Shown piece by piece: positions 11,401 through 23,338 of a stretch of 64,000 nucleotides of DNA. The notes below the pieces were generated by a model, which saw only the letters and a list, made by a program, of their open reading frames with translations, was not told where the DNA came from and ran no database searches. Every line of letters begins with the position of its first letter. The first letter of the stretch is position 1. The position numbers and the translations under genes were made by a program. This DNA is from Hydrolagus colliei (lineage: Eukaryota): positions 1,302,001-1,366,000 of the forward strand of contig CM068769.1 in NCBI GenBank assembly GCA_035084275.1. The letters are read 5' to 3'.

Positions 11401-14400
11401 CGTGACTTTTGGCTTACCTGACAAGCCAATGAGGAATGCTGCCACATATATGTACATTGTCATGCATATCTAATTTCACGGGGAGTTGAGAGAGCGTTGA
11501 TGGTGTAGTTGGAGAATGTTGGCTATGAGACACTAAGGTACGGTATGGAGACCTGAAGAGGAAACGGCAAACAGTTGTTGCCATGGGCAACGAGAGAGCA
11601 GGTGGGGGGATTATTTACAAAATCTACTTCTGTGTCATTTTGTGTCACACATTCTGTTCTATCATCTCGCTCCTCCATTGCTTCCCTTCCATCACTGCAA
11701 TTGTTTTTTTTATCAGACGGTTGTTTGTCACCGTTAGTAAAGTAGACTGACACTGAATGTGATCCAAAACGCATAAATCAATTCCACCTCTGTGTGCCAT
11801 CTCTGGCTGCCAATGTGGCTTTGGAAAGGACTTTGCTCTTGCTTCCTGGAGGGACACTTCACGAATAGTTGGTTTCCAATGTTCGTGGGGGCGGAGACTG
11901 TCAAGAGGGAACATTTGGCGAGTTGCAATCTACATTCTGTTTAGGTACTTATTACATTTCTTTTATTAATCGTGTTCAGGCTTGATTATGCAAAATGTCT
12001 GTCGTTGCTACCGTTCTCTTCCCTACAAAAGCTGTAGAATATGCACATTGTTGCACCGTTCTCTCTCTCCTCTATGCCGCAACTTACCCCTACTCTGTCC
12101 CTTCGCCGAGCTTGCGTCTCAATCCCTCAAAACTCAGCTGCAGTTGTCCTCTCGACCCGAAAGACGCTCAGTCAATCTATATATGTTGTAAATTCCCCGT
12201 GTTGTATATTAAAAATGATAGTAATATTTGCTTGTGAAAGAGCGCATTATCGCATGATCGAGACAACTGAAAGTGCCACGCAAAATATCTAGTAACAACA
12301 ACAACAACGTCGATTTATATATAGATCTCCACACCAGACAGTGTCTCGCAACAACGTATCTCGGGACCTAGCCAGACAAGGCACCGGTTGCCTAGTGAAA
12401 TGTTGTAGTACTGAACATTACACAAATTTGTTGTGCATTTCCAGTTTTTTTCCTCCACCGTTATTTTGCTTTCAGTGATTAATTGAAGTCTTGACGCATG
12501 AAAGGTCCCTGCTCTTCAATTGCTTTTCAGACTTAACAGTCTAACAACCACTGCAACAGTCCCCAAAACCTACTAATTAAAACACAATGTTAAGACTTTC
12601 TAAGTGTGACTCCTCTGTACTTTGTGAGACCTCTGCTCAACCTCAAAAAAGCTGCAACAAAATTAATTTGTTAACCAAATATTTGCAATAATTGACCTTG
12701 CAACCACAACATTGTTGGTGCACGTAGTCAAAGAAAAGCACGTATTATTACTTTGTTATCACAATCTTCGTAAGATCAATATCCCCCTGTATGTTTGGTA
12801 AGAGACGCAAATTCGAACCAGTGTTCCTCGGAATAGTTTCAAATTCTCTAAAGTCAGACGTGTTATCCATTCGTTCACACGGATCACATTATGTACTGAA
12901 CTGTAAGTGTTAACTGAAGTACAATTTCCAGTTATGTTGTGTTTTTTAATTAGTCATCTCGTTATGTTCACCGTTTAAGTGAATACAACTCTAGAACAAT
13001 CCCTGAGCATTTTGAAATTGCATTTCAGCGACATAGCGTTCACTTCCTTGTCAAATAACTTGCAGTTATATCACAACAGCTACGTAGACCTCTGCGAAAC
13101 TCCGAGAATTTTAAGACGTTTATTTCACAGACAATTGATCATAGAGGAGAAGGTCATGATTTATTTCCCCCAATGTCAGTCAGGGCCATATCTGATCAGT
13201 GCAATGCGAATGCATTTTGCTTCGAGCAGCAATTATGCATCTAAAGTTACAAACTGCATCTCCAAGTAAATATTTGATTTTATTAACTGGAATATGCATC
13301 ATTTTTTTCTATCAAGAACCTTCGTCGCATCTGTTCTGATCTCTTCACAGCTTTGACACACCTCATCAACACCTTTCATGTCATCTTAAAAAAACTGCTT
13401 TTTACTTTAGTTTGATTTCCTGGCCTATACCATATTTGTGGTAGCCTGCTCAAGTCATTGGCTATTCTCTGCATAATGAAAAACACTCTGGAATCTGTCT
13501 TATTACATCTTAAAATAGAGGTAATTTGGTTTACTCTCTGACGACATCCTGAAATATAAATCTGGTTATATTGTATCAATTGAATTAAACATTTCATGGA
13601 ACTCTAAGGAGCCCACATTGATGGGTTGTTTTCTCTCAATTCAGTATACATTATCTAACTATTCATAAACAATTCAAAATATATTATCTAGTTATTCCTC
13701 ATTAGTCATAATGAAAACTCCAGGGCTCATGTTTGCTGCCATCCACTTCACAAGCTCCAGCAATTGGCATACCAATTATGTCCCTCTGACCATTATTGTA
13801 TGCCTTATTCAAGGTGCTTTCTGAGTTGACACTGTTTAACAAGCTAGAAGCAGTCTGCGTCCACAAATATCCAGTGAACACACTTTATTGAATATTTTGT
13901 GGCGGAACATGAGAACCCAAGATTACGTCAAAAATGCTCTATGCAATGTAAGCGTTGTTTTGAGAATCTATTCACAGTACCGGTGGACTAATGCGACACT
14001 ATTTCGAGTGACGTGGACAGGCATAGGTCATAGTTTTCCTCCCAATCAAACAAGTTAAATCTCTCCCGCTATAAGCAGTTTGGAAACTCAATCAAATACT
14101 CCAGCAAAATGTCGAAAACAAAAGCTCAGACAATTTTCAGCAATGTATAGAAATTGACAAATCTATGAAGAAATTGATCATAATACTTCGTCGAGTGGTA
14201 TTAAAATATTGAAGAATAAGATATTTCCTCCAGAAGTCCGTCGACTCTGGGTGGGCATCAACCACCAAAGTTTCGATTAATAGCCGAAAATGCTGATGAA
14301 TTGCTCCACTCAAACAACTGTCTGCACTCTTCTGCAGGACATATATGGCTTTTCATTGACCTAATTTCTGTCACAGACAATCGCCGCAATGATCAGAATT

Positions 14401-17400
14401 GACACCACAGTTATGTGAGTTATTCAAATTTGAAATCGTATTCACACAGGTGGAAACACTGACCATTGTACGCTGCATGACAGTTTGTTGATCAGTCGTC
14501 TTGTATTTCCAAAACCGATTTTTAGTTAACATACAGATGGCGTTTATATACATTTTGCGGCACAAAAGGAGGCCATTCGGCTCATCTAGTCATTAAAATT
14601 TGTATTACTTCGGCATTCGATCGACTAACTAGTTTCCTGGTACAAATCTAGCTAGAAATACAGGAGTTATGTGATCATATGTAACCGACAGTCAAATATA
14701 TCTGAAAGTATTTATATTTTAAAGGAAATAGGCATGACGAGGCTGCGACTGCCATTTCAAAATGTTTACAGTTTCTTTCTGTTTGTTTATCTTTACATCA
14801 GAATAAAATAAGACAAAATCTATTGATACACAGTAACTAGTAATAGTAGTTCAGTTAGTAAATAGGTTTCAATACATAACCTGAGCCTAATCGAAATGGC
14901 ATCTAACTTCAGAGAATTTGAAGCCAATCAGAAGCTTGCAGTTTCGAATACGACTGTCGTGTATTGGCACCAATCCAGAGCCATAGTTATTTTATGAAGT
15001 ATGTCTATTGTACAATAGCAATTCGCGATTCCTGTGACAAATGTATTGCTGCACGAAACGTGCCTGACTGGGCTTCAACCACGAAACTTTGGTGAACAGC
15101 CGAGGTTGTCAAGGTTATCAGTCGAGGTTAACAGTCACCTAGGTCAGCAATGTTGCAGTTGCAATATCAACAATTGCAATTGTTACACCATTGTATAATT
15201 AGCATAATATTTGTTTCATCTTATGAGCAAAAATACCACAGCTTACACGCACCTCAACACACAAACTCTCTTTCGATTACGACAAACCTTCTATGGTACT
15301 TTGAAAAAATCTGTACAAATAAAGAAGAAACGTTTGATGTATCATATTCAGACAACTAGGAACGAGCTTCTGCGAATTAGTTAGAAACTAAATATACCTT
15401 GTACATCTGTATCCGTACCAAGGGATTCTACCACAAAATACACTGTAAATGTGCTTTGCAACATTGGTTCTGAAGCGCTTTGAGACGTCACATTGACATG
15501 TTAATGCCTTTCATTGAAATACTCAATCAACAATTGATGCTTTGTGTAGCCTCAATCAGAGCAAATTAATAGTCAGCAGCTAAAATAGTAAAATAATTAC
15601 GATGCTTAGTTCGTCTCTGCTGTTTCGGAATTCATAGTTATAAAGGAAAGTGCTATTTGAACTGTAGTTGTGCTGAACTTAAGTACATTTTGACCGATTA
15701 CAGCGGCTACGTGCTTCTGTGGTGTATTTGTTGGGAGAAACCCTTCGTACGGATACAGATGATATGCAAAATACGTAGAAGGTATAACAAATTAATAACT
15801 ACTTCACAGAAGCTCGTTTCTAGTATTCCGAATATGTTCCATCAATGTTTTCAGGAGCAAGTCTACAGAGACATGATGTAATCGTAACCACGATGTCACA
15901 GAGAACGATTGATAGCGGATAGTTTCCAAGCTTGACACTTTTTCACTCAATAAATATTTTATTTGCACACAGTAGTATAAAAGACACCTTTCATTTACAC
16001 GTGGCAAATATAATTTTAATTATATTTTTGTAGTACAGCGGTGAACAATTTCCTGTCACACACTTAAGATCCCAGGTTTGAAACAAACCAAACACATTCT
16101 GCCGTTACATTCAACAACAAATTCTCACAATTTTCTTCAGGTCAAAATTAATCCTCTCCAATAAGTAAGGTGAAGTGAAGCAGAAAAAAAACAATGAACC
16201 CAGTAAAATATAGTATTTTACAAAACCAATTCATGTCGTGAAAATGTTTTCTTCTTGCAATCAAGTTAACTGGATTGCGTGTTAAGTGTGTGATCCTTAG
16301 TTTCTGGAATTGTTTGCATTTTATTTTCAGGTAAGCATATTATTTGTTTTGAAAATATATATTCTCTCAAGTAGAATTTTACTGATTGCGGTGTGAGGTG
16401 CAGGTGTATTGTGTTGGTCATTGGGTTACATTGTCGTGTTACGGAATCCCCTCGCTTTGTCGTTAAGGGCTCTCGCCTTAAAAGAGCGACACCTCGCTTC
16501 GATTCCAGTCAAGAGACATGACCAAAAACACAGTCTGATCCACAGTCAAGCAGATCTTGCGACAGATTTCTAACAAAAGGATGAAGAGAGCAAGGCAAGC
16601 ATGACTGCCGAAGTCCTGCGGTATTAGAATGCCAGGATGCATACTCGTTGATGATAGGGGGGGGGGGGTGGCGTGGAATAAAAATATTTCCCAATTAATT
16701 TGTAATTTGGATTATTTTTCGCACCTTCTTAAATATTTAACATAATGTTCTCAAATGTTGGATGTGGGTAAAATGCATTTCCCCTTTTGGAAACAAATTC
16801 CGACATTGAAAGCGTTTGGATTTGGATTAATCTGACTGGCATTACACAGTCAATTATTTGTAATTGTTGCCGCGCTTCTTCCACATATATGCAGTCGGGT
16901 TTCTTGCTATCCTTCCTCCAACCACGAAACTCCCCGTCCCACCCTATCCTGTTCCCTACCGCTTTTCCCCTTTGTTCTCTTTTTCTCTTCTCCCTTCCAA
17001 GATACCTTCCCCGCTAACCTCACCTCCCTGCTCTAGTCCCAACCTCGGGACGTTGTTGTATTCTTTGAAGCGCTTTGAGACATTGATGGGAGTTGGAAAG
17101 CGCTATATAAATGTAAGGGTTTTTATTACTATTTGCTTTGCGACATGAATGCAAATCAAAGCATTTAATAGAACGCACATCATGATTTCAGCTTCAGAAA
17201 CGCTGGCTTGGAAGTGGAATATTGTTTCATTTCTCTAGATTTGTACACATGCCGCGGACACACGCAGAACAGTGCAGCAATAGATTTATTTTGCAATAAT
17301 CCGAACCCTCCTTAGGTTTCCTACAACAAGCAGTGGCCACACCTGAACGTTCAGAAGGTCGCTGACGGGAAAAAAAAGCAAAGAGCTAAATTTCTGCTAC

Positions 17401-17722
17401 TCGTATGAAAATAAGGTTGTACTTGCGGGACTTTGCTGTTCTTAGGAAGTCTTCGGCGAAATTCAGGACCTTGATTATGGTAGTGATGTGTCAGGCAACG
17501 GTTGGAACAATATTATGGTGTGACCTCCATGGAGGAACGAGTAAAGCATGAACTCAATCCCCTAAAATATGTAGAACCAAGGCAGCAGAGATAAGAAGGG
17601 GTGCGGAAAGGCAGACTCGACGTGGGAACAGAGGTTTGAATATAAGCCTCACAATTGTTGCACAAATCAAATACATTGCACAGACTATTGCCTCATCAGT
17701 TACGTTTCCCGACAGCTTTTCC

Positions 17723-20700
17723 TCATTTGTGCGTCAGTGAATGTATTAATTTTAACGGATATTTAGCTGCTTTTTTAAATTCTTCTCTGAATTTCTCCTG
17801 CGTTACAGCATAGATACACGTATTAGTGCAGCAACTAAGAAGTAGTAGCATGCATCCGGTTTCATACAAAACATAGACTGGATCATTATTGCCCGTGTAA
17901 GAAAAATACTTTGCAATTTGTCTATATATGTAATATACAACATAAGTCATCCACAAAATTATAAAACTCCCTGATATAGCAAACAGTATTACGATGGATT
18001 TCCTCCTGTTGATAATCTCAGGGTCATTGTTGATTTCAGTGTTGTTGGCGAGCAGATTCCTGCGGACTCTGTTTGCTGCTAAGATGTGTCTGATGGTCAG
18101 AGTGTTGAACAACAAAATCAGAATGAATGCAACACAAGGGGTTAGTAAGGTGTAAGACCAGGAAAAAACTTCCCAGGCAAGCGAATCATAGTAGCTTTCC
18201 TTTGTCTTACAGAACCAAGGTAATTTATTAATGATATACCAAGGCTCATAAGTAAAATACCAGGGAATGTTTCTGAAACAGCTCAGAGAGCAAACTATTC
18301 CTATCACCACAGCCGCTGATCTCTCCGTGCAATATGTTATTTTCATCCTCTGACAACAGATGGCAACATATCGATCAAATGTGAAGGCCATTGTGAGCCA
18401 CACAGAGCAGTCAGCCGCTCCGCAGAGCAGAATAGTGCCCAGTGAACACACTGGGGTGATGTCCAGCAAGCAAACTGGGAAATAAAGATAATTCAGTCGA
18501 GTCAATATCACTTCGCTGATAATAACGAGGAGATCGGCCGATGACATGGACACCAGGTAGAGAGTGATGCATCTGGAGAGACCGCAATTTCTCCGCGATA
18601 GGATCACAATCGCTATTATGTTAACTGTAGGGAAGGAAGGGAGAAACAATTCAGCAAGCGTCCACTATTCCTCAGAAGTATGAAGCTTACACGAATGTAT
18701 TAACAGTTCAAAAACAATCATTGTACTACAAATAATTGATTAATTAACGTCCAATGATTGCCTGAACCCGTTCGTTTTTCGAAGTACATCTTCATTGCTT
18801 ACACACCGAGTCGATGAAACTATTAACAACCAATATTTCCAAATTGATTCTCCCATCCAGAAATAAAATACCAATTTATATTCCTACGAACCAAATGCGT
18901 TATGCAGAAATTGATATGATTTTAATGTCTAGTCAGCGTTCGCTAAAGCCCATTTCCGGGCTACCAACTTACAGTTTTATGGCTCACTGCATCCCAGAGC
19001 TAAGTTAGTGCTGTACATTCTGTGGTCTGTTGAAATACTAAACTGAAGTTCTATCTAATTGCTGATTTAAAAATAAGATAATATTATTATTCAAAATGTA
19101 AGAGAATTCACCCTGTTCTCTTGGCCACGAGCTGAAATTGATCATTTACTCTCCAGCTACCGCATTCAGCTACAAAATACACAGTCGCTGGATATTGCAG
19201 TAAATACACAAAATGTCTTGGAGAACTCCTCCTGTTGTGTTCAACACATTATTTTCTAAATAAAAAACAAGGAGATCTGTAAAAGTGAAATAAAGTGTAG
19301 GAAGAAATAGCTGCATTGACACTGACGCAGCATAGTTCACAATGTCAGAGAGTATTTCGTCAAGGATATTCACCAGACCATTGTAATGTTATGTAATGTT
19401 CATTAGCGTTTCCAATGTAATAACGTAAGATTGGTTTTCAAGTATTTGAATTTACTTAATTCCATTTAAGACGGATTGTTGGATAGAATAATCTGATACA
19501 TTATCTTCTAAGCCTAACAATCTTCAAATTAATGCAATCATAAATCTCCATCAAATAAAGGAGAACACAAAAATGTGCACATACAACTAAATGTGATTTA
19601 GCTCTAGCGCTACATTGACAAGTCTCTAACAGTGTTGGGATTTCCGATCACGAGGTTCAAAGTATGACTCGACAATCCAAGATGGTGTATTAAAGGTGAT
19701 TATAAATAGAGTTGGTACAAGACGCGTTAAGTTTTACAACATAGATGTCCACCGAATGATACTACCAGTTGTTGCCGTCAGCCACAGGACACCAACTTCT
19801 CCTCAACTCTGGATATGTCGACCTTTATCGCTATCGCTCCGTTCTTCTTCTTCTACTTGTTCTTCGTCCAGCTTTTCTTACCCAACTGTGCACTATTGAA
19901 ACCCTTTTTCCAAGTGATCCTTTACAAGGTATGGCCTAGGAGAGGATTCTCATGTGTCCATCCTGCCCTCTTCTGGTACGGCAACGTATTCTGGTGTTTA
20001 TTCTCTTTGTCTAAATTAATTGAATAGATTTTATCAGACCTTGTTGTCTGTGTATTCTATCTTTCTGAAGTCATTAGTAATCCATCGACCAAAAACGGAT
20101 GTTCCCCTCTTATCAATACCTCATGTTGTTGCCATGAGTTTCTGCCTTAAACTATCTGCAGATTCATTGGGCTTTTTGAGAATAGCTTGCTTTTGTTTGA
20201 TAGAGTTTGTTGAATTGTCAGTGCAGCATAAACGAATCTACCACGTACCAACCCATATCTTGTTCCGTTACCTCTATGTAAATGTATGCTCTCCGGTGAT
20301 CATAGAGAAGTCCTCACTTCTCTATGAACCTGACCCTTTCTAAGGCTCCCGTTATTCCTTCCAACCCCAGAGAACCAGATTTGCTTTGTCCCATGACTGT
20401 CTGTAGTTTATGCATTTTATAATTATCCGTTAATTATTCGATTATATTTACGCTATCATTTATTTATTCTAGCAAAAGCAATAGAGGGTTGAAGAGGTAG
20501 AGCGATAAGGTAGAGCAGCACAAATTTGAGAGAGCTGGTAGAAACGTGATGTGCCAAAGAGACTCATTGTTGCGGTACATTTCTGTAATTCTATGAATGC
20601 CTCAGGTAAATATCAGCGAACAGAGTAAAGTACATTCTGCCAAGTTCTACAACGTTTCTATTATATAATGTTCGTTACTTGGTGTATTGTTGAATTTAGT

Positions 20701-21023
20701 TACGGTGTGGAATCCCGTTGTCTGTTGGTTCAACTAAGTACTTAAGATATGGAACAAACATTTAGTATTTCACCAAGCTATTCATAACCTGATCTCCTAA
20801 GAAAAATAAAGTATATCGCACTCCATATACGACTATTATAGAAACACCGATATAAGTTCAGTACGTTTTCCGACACGCAGAATAATTGAAATTCCAAATA
20901 TTGATTTTGTGAAGACATACCTGGAACACCAATAACAGCCAGAATTGGATAATAAATATACATTATCTGGAAGATTGTGTCCGGTTGATACACCTTCTCT
21001 GAATAAGTATGATATCTCTTCAT
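17723..21023 (-). CDS. GPR139-like 7TM receptor paralogue G2, intact, 334 aa
   Basis: Exon 1 21023-20921 (103 nt, MKRYHTYSEKVYQPDTIFQIMYIYYPILAVIGVP+G, donor GTATGT) and exon 2 18624-17723 (902 nt, acceptor ctacAG). Total 1005 nt with no internal stop. Seven hydrophobic segments, with ADLLV, PVC, FTFDRYVAICC, IPWYF, ECL2 Cys, LTP, LWMT and NTCIY. Confidence 0.93.
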
Positions 21024-21073
21024 CGTCCGTTTACAATAGGGTGGACTGACAATAAGGCATTAGAAAGTTTCTG

Positions 21074-21080
21074 ATTTATA
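21074..21080 (-). promoter_or_regulatory. TATA box upstream of G2
   Basis: TATAAAT about 50 nt upstream of the ATG. Similar elements precede G1 (546-552), G4 (48780-48786) and G5 (58405-58412). Confidence 0.4.
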
Positions 21081-22229
21081 CGAGATGGAATTACCACGTG
21101 CCACATTTCCCAGCACATATCCTGTAGCTGCCTCACCAACATAATCACCAGTTAATTGAACACAACTGTCCTTAGGGTGAATGTACAAACAAGTTTTCGC
21201 TGGATCCTAGATGAAGAAATTGAATAATAACGTCAAGTCAATCCTCTGTGGTGATCTTCGTTAGCTCGCTCCTCAGCCAGGCATAAATGCAGTTCTCCAG
21301 GCCAATGTTTAATTAATAGAATTATTCAAATGTACTCAATGCGATAGACACCAAACTGGTACGACATCAATGTCTCACTACTTTCATTTTCAATGCACCA
21401 AATTGACAATCTGAATAGTCGTTGAATTTTCCAAAGCTGTGTTTCATGCTCGTCGTGTCTCAAAGTTTAATAGTGGATACACTATCAAATTTTGTTAATT
21501 TTTTTGGCGAGTATTTTTCAATTTGCAACTTTAACTACAGTGTCAATTGCCCACATTTCATTTCTCGAAAAGTGACGTTTTGAATTCACATAACCAACGA
21601 GACCTAATAATATTACAACTTAAAAGTTCACGTTGTCTAAGCTCCCGTACTCCACCCATGCCACCTCGCTCTCCATGGATAACAGCAATAAAATTATATT
21701 TGTGTAACTACATTCCCAAAGGCTAGATGTCCCATAACAAACGTACCTTTGCTTTGAACTTTAAATTTTAGTGATTGTCAGTGAGTCGGCAGCTGTGAGG
21801 GTGCTCTGCCCTAATTATATCGGATTTCTTGCTGCACTATGTGTTTTGTTAATAAATATATCAATAAACAAAGATGATGTCTAGTTACATTTTCAAATGA
21901 TTGAAGATTCCTGCCATAGAGTTTCACAGCTTGACGTCAAGCTTGATATCGTTTGTACTTTTCCAAATCTTCTGTTTGATTGATAAACGTTCAATCGGTT
22001 ACCGCGCATGAATTCCAAGCCAGAAACCTGGCTTCAGTTCTATGCGAGGAGAAACCTTGGGACAGTTTCCTTACGCCACATAACTGACAAAAATCTACCA
22101 AATACAAATATATATTCAAAAATTGTTCATTTGGTAGTATATAGAATTTCAACGGCAAAGAATGAGCCATTGTCCCATCTATACTGTGCCTTCTCTTTGG
22201 AAAGAGCAACTCAATCCCATTGCCCAGCT

Positions 22230-23320
22230 CTCTCCCCGTAACCAAAAGACTTGTTCTCCCTAAATAAAGATCTTATTCTCTTTAAAAGCAGTTATCGAAT
22301 CAGTTTCCACTACCATTTCAGGCAATACATTAGTGATTCGAACAACCCGCTGAGTGAAAAAAAATACTACTCAGCTCCCCTCTGCTTAGTTTTGAAAATA
22401 TTTCAAATCTGGGACCAAGAGTCAAAGATTCGCCAAACAGTGGATACAGTTTTTCCATATTCACCCGGACGAATCTCCTCATGATTTTATGAACCTGTAT
22501 TGGGTCTCCTCTGAAATTTATTTGTTCCAAAGAGAAGAAAAACTATCTTATCTAGTATTTCCGCATAACTGAAGTCCCTCTATCCTTGTACCATTCCAGT
22601 AAAACGTCTTTGCACGATTTCCAATGCATTAATGTCCTTTCTATAGTGTGGTGAACAGAAATGAACAAAGTACTACAGTTGAGGCCTAACCAATGATTTA
22701 TAGAGGTTAGTCAGCACTTCCTGACTTTTCTACTCAACACCCCTATTTATAAAGCCTCGTATCCCATAAGGCAGCTTCACCGCTTTGTCTTCCTGACCTG
22801 TCGCCATCAACGGGTCATTAATACAAATCCCCAGATCTCTTGGTTCCCTCACACGCCTTAGAGTTGTATTATCCAGCAAATATTGCCTCCCCTCATTTCT
22901 TCTCCCAAAAAGCACCACCTCACAATTTTTTGCATTACAATTCATCTACCATATCTCTGCCCACTTTACCATGTTTTCTAAAGCTTCTTGCAGATTGTTA
23001 CTATCCTCTTCACAATTCACTATTCTCCCTAACTTAGTATCATGTATAAACTTGAAAGCTGTGCTCCATACACCCAAATCCAGATAATTACTAGAGATTT
23101 TTAAAAAACTAGCAGTGGTCCCAATACCGATCCCCGCGCCACGTCATTGCTCACTTTCCTTCAGTCTTAAAAAACAGCCGCTCATCACGAGTCTCTGCTT
23201 TCTATCTCGTAGCCAATTGTGTCCCTTTAACGCCGTGGGCCTCTGCGTTCTTTATAAGCCTCTCAAGCGGCAGTTTGTCAAATGCCCTATGAAAGTACAT
23301 GCAAACTACATGAACTGCGC
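22230..23320 (-). mobile_element. CR1 LINE ORF2 3' fragment(s)
   Basis: Translations RGDPIQVHKIMRRF, NAKNCEVVLFGRRN, EPRDLGI and KAVKLPYGIRGFINRG, typical of CR1 ORF2. Boundaries approximate. Confidence 0.8.
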
Positions 23321-23338
23321 TAACCCAGGTAACCCAAC

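Larger units (their letters stand above)
10423..11463 (-). pseudogene. TCR alpha/delta-type V segment V2 (pseudogene)
   Basis: Leader 11463-11418 MTMYIYVAAFLIGLS+G, donor GTAAG. V exon 10689-10423 reads DAVAQLQSTVTVKEAKDVQCNYTTNDIMSYLFWYCHYPNSAPKYIL...GHFSATVAKVV*TVPLNI, then a deletion/frameshift before VYYCAL. Confidence 0.88.

Noticed and set aside
13376-13597. Minus-strand ORF with QRVNQ...IWYRPG after an AG, resembling a decayed V exon
   Set aside because: No properly placed first Cys, no YxC and no RSS downstream.
16290-16336. Hydrophobic stretch LVSGIVCILFS followed by GTAAGC, resembling a plus-strand leader exon
   Set aside because: No in-frame ATG (a stop lies just upstream) and the following sequence is a SINE remnant, not a V exon.
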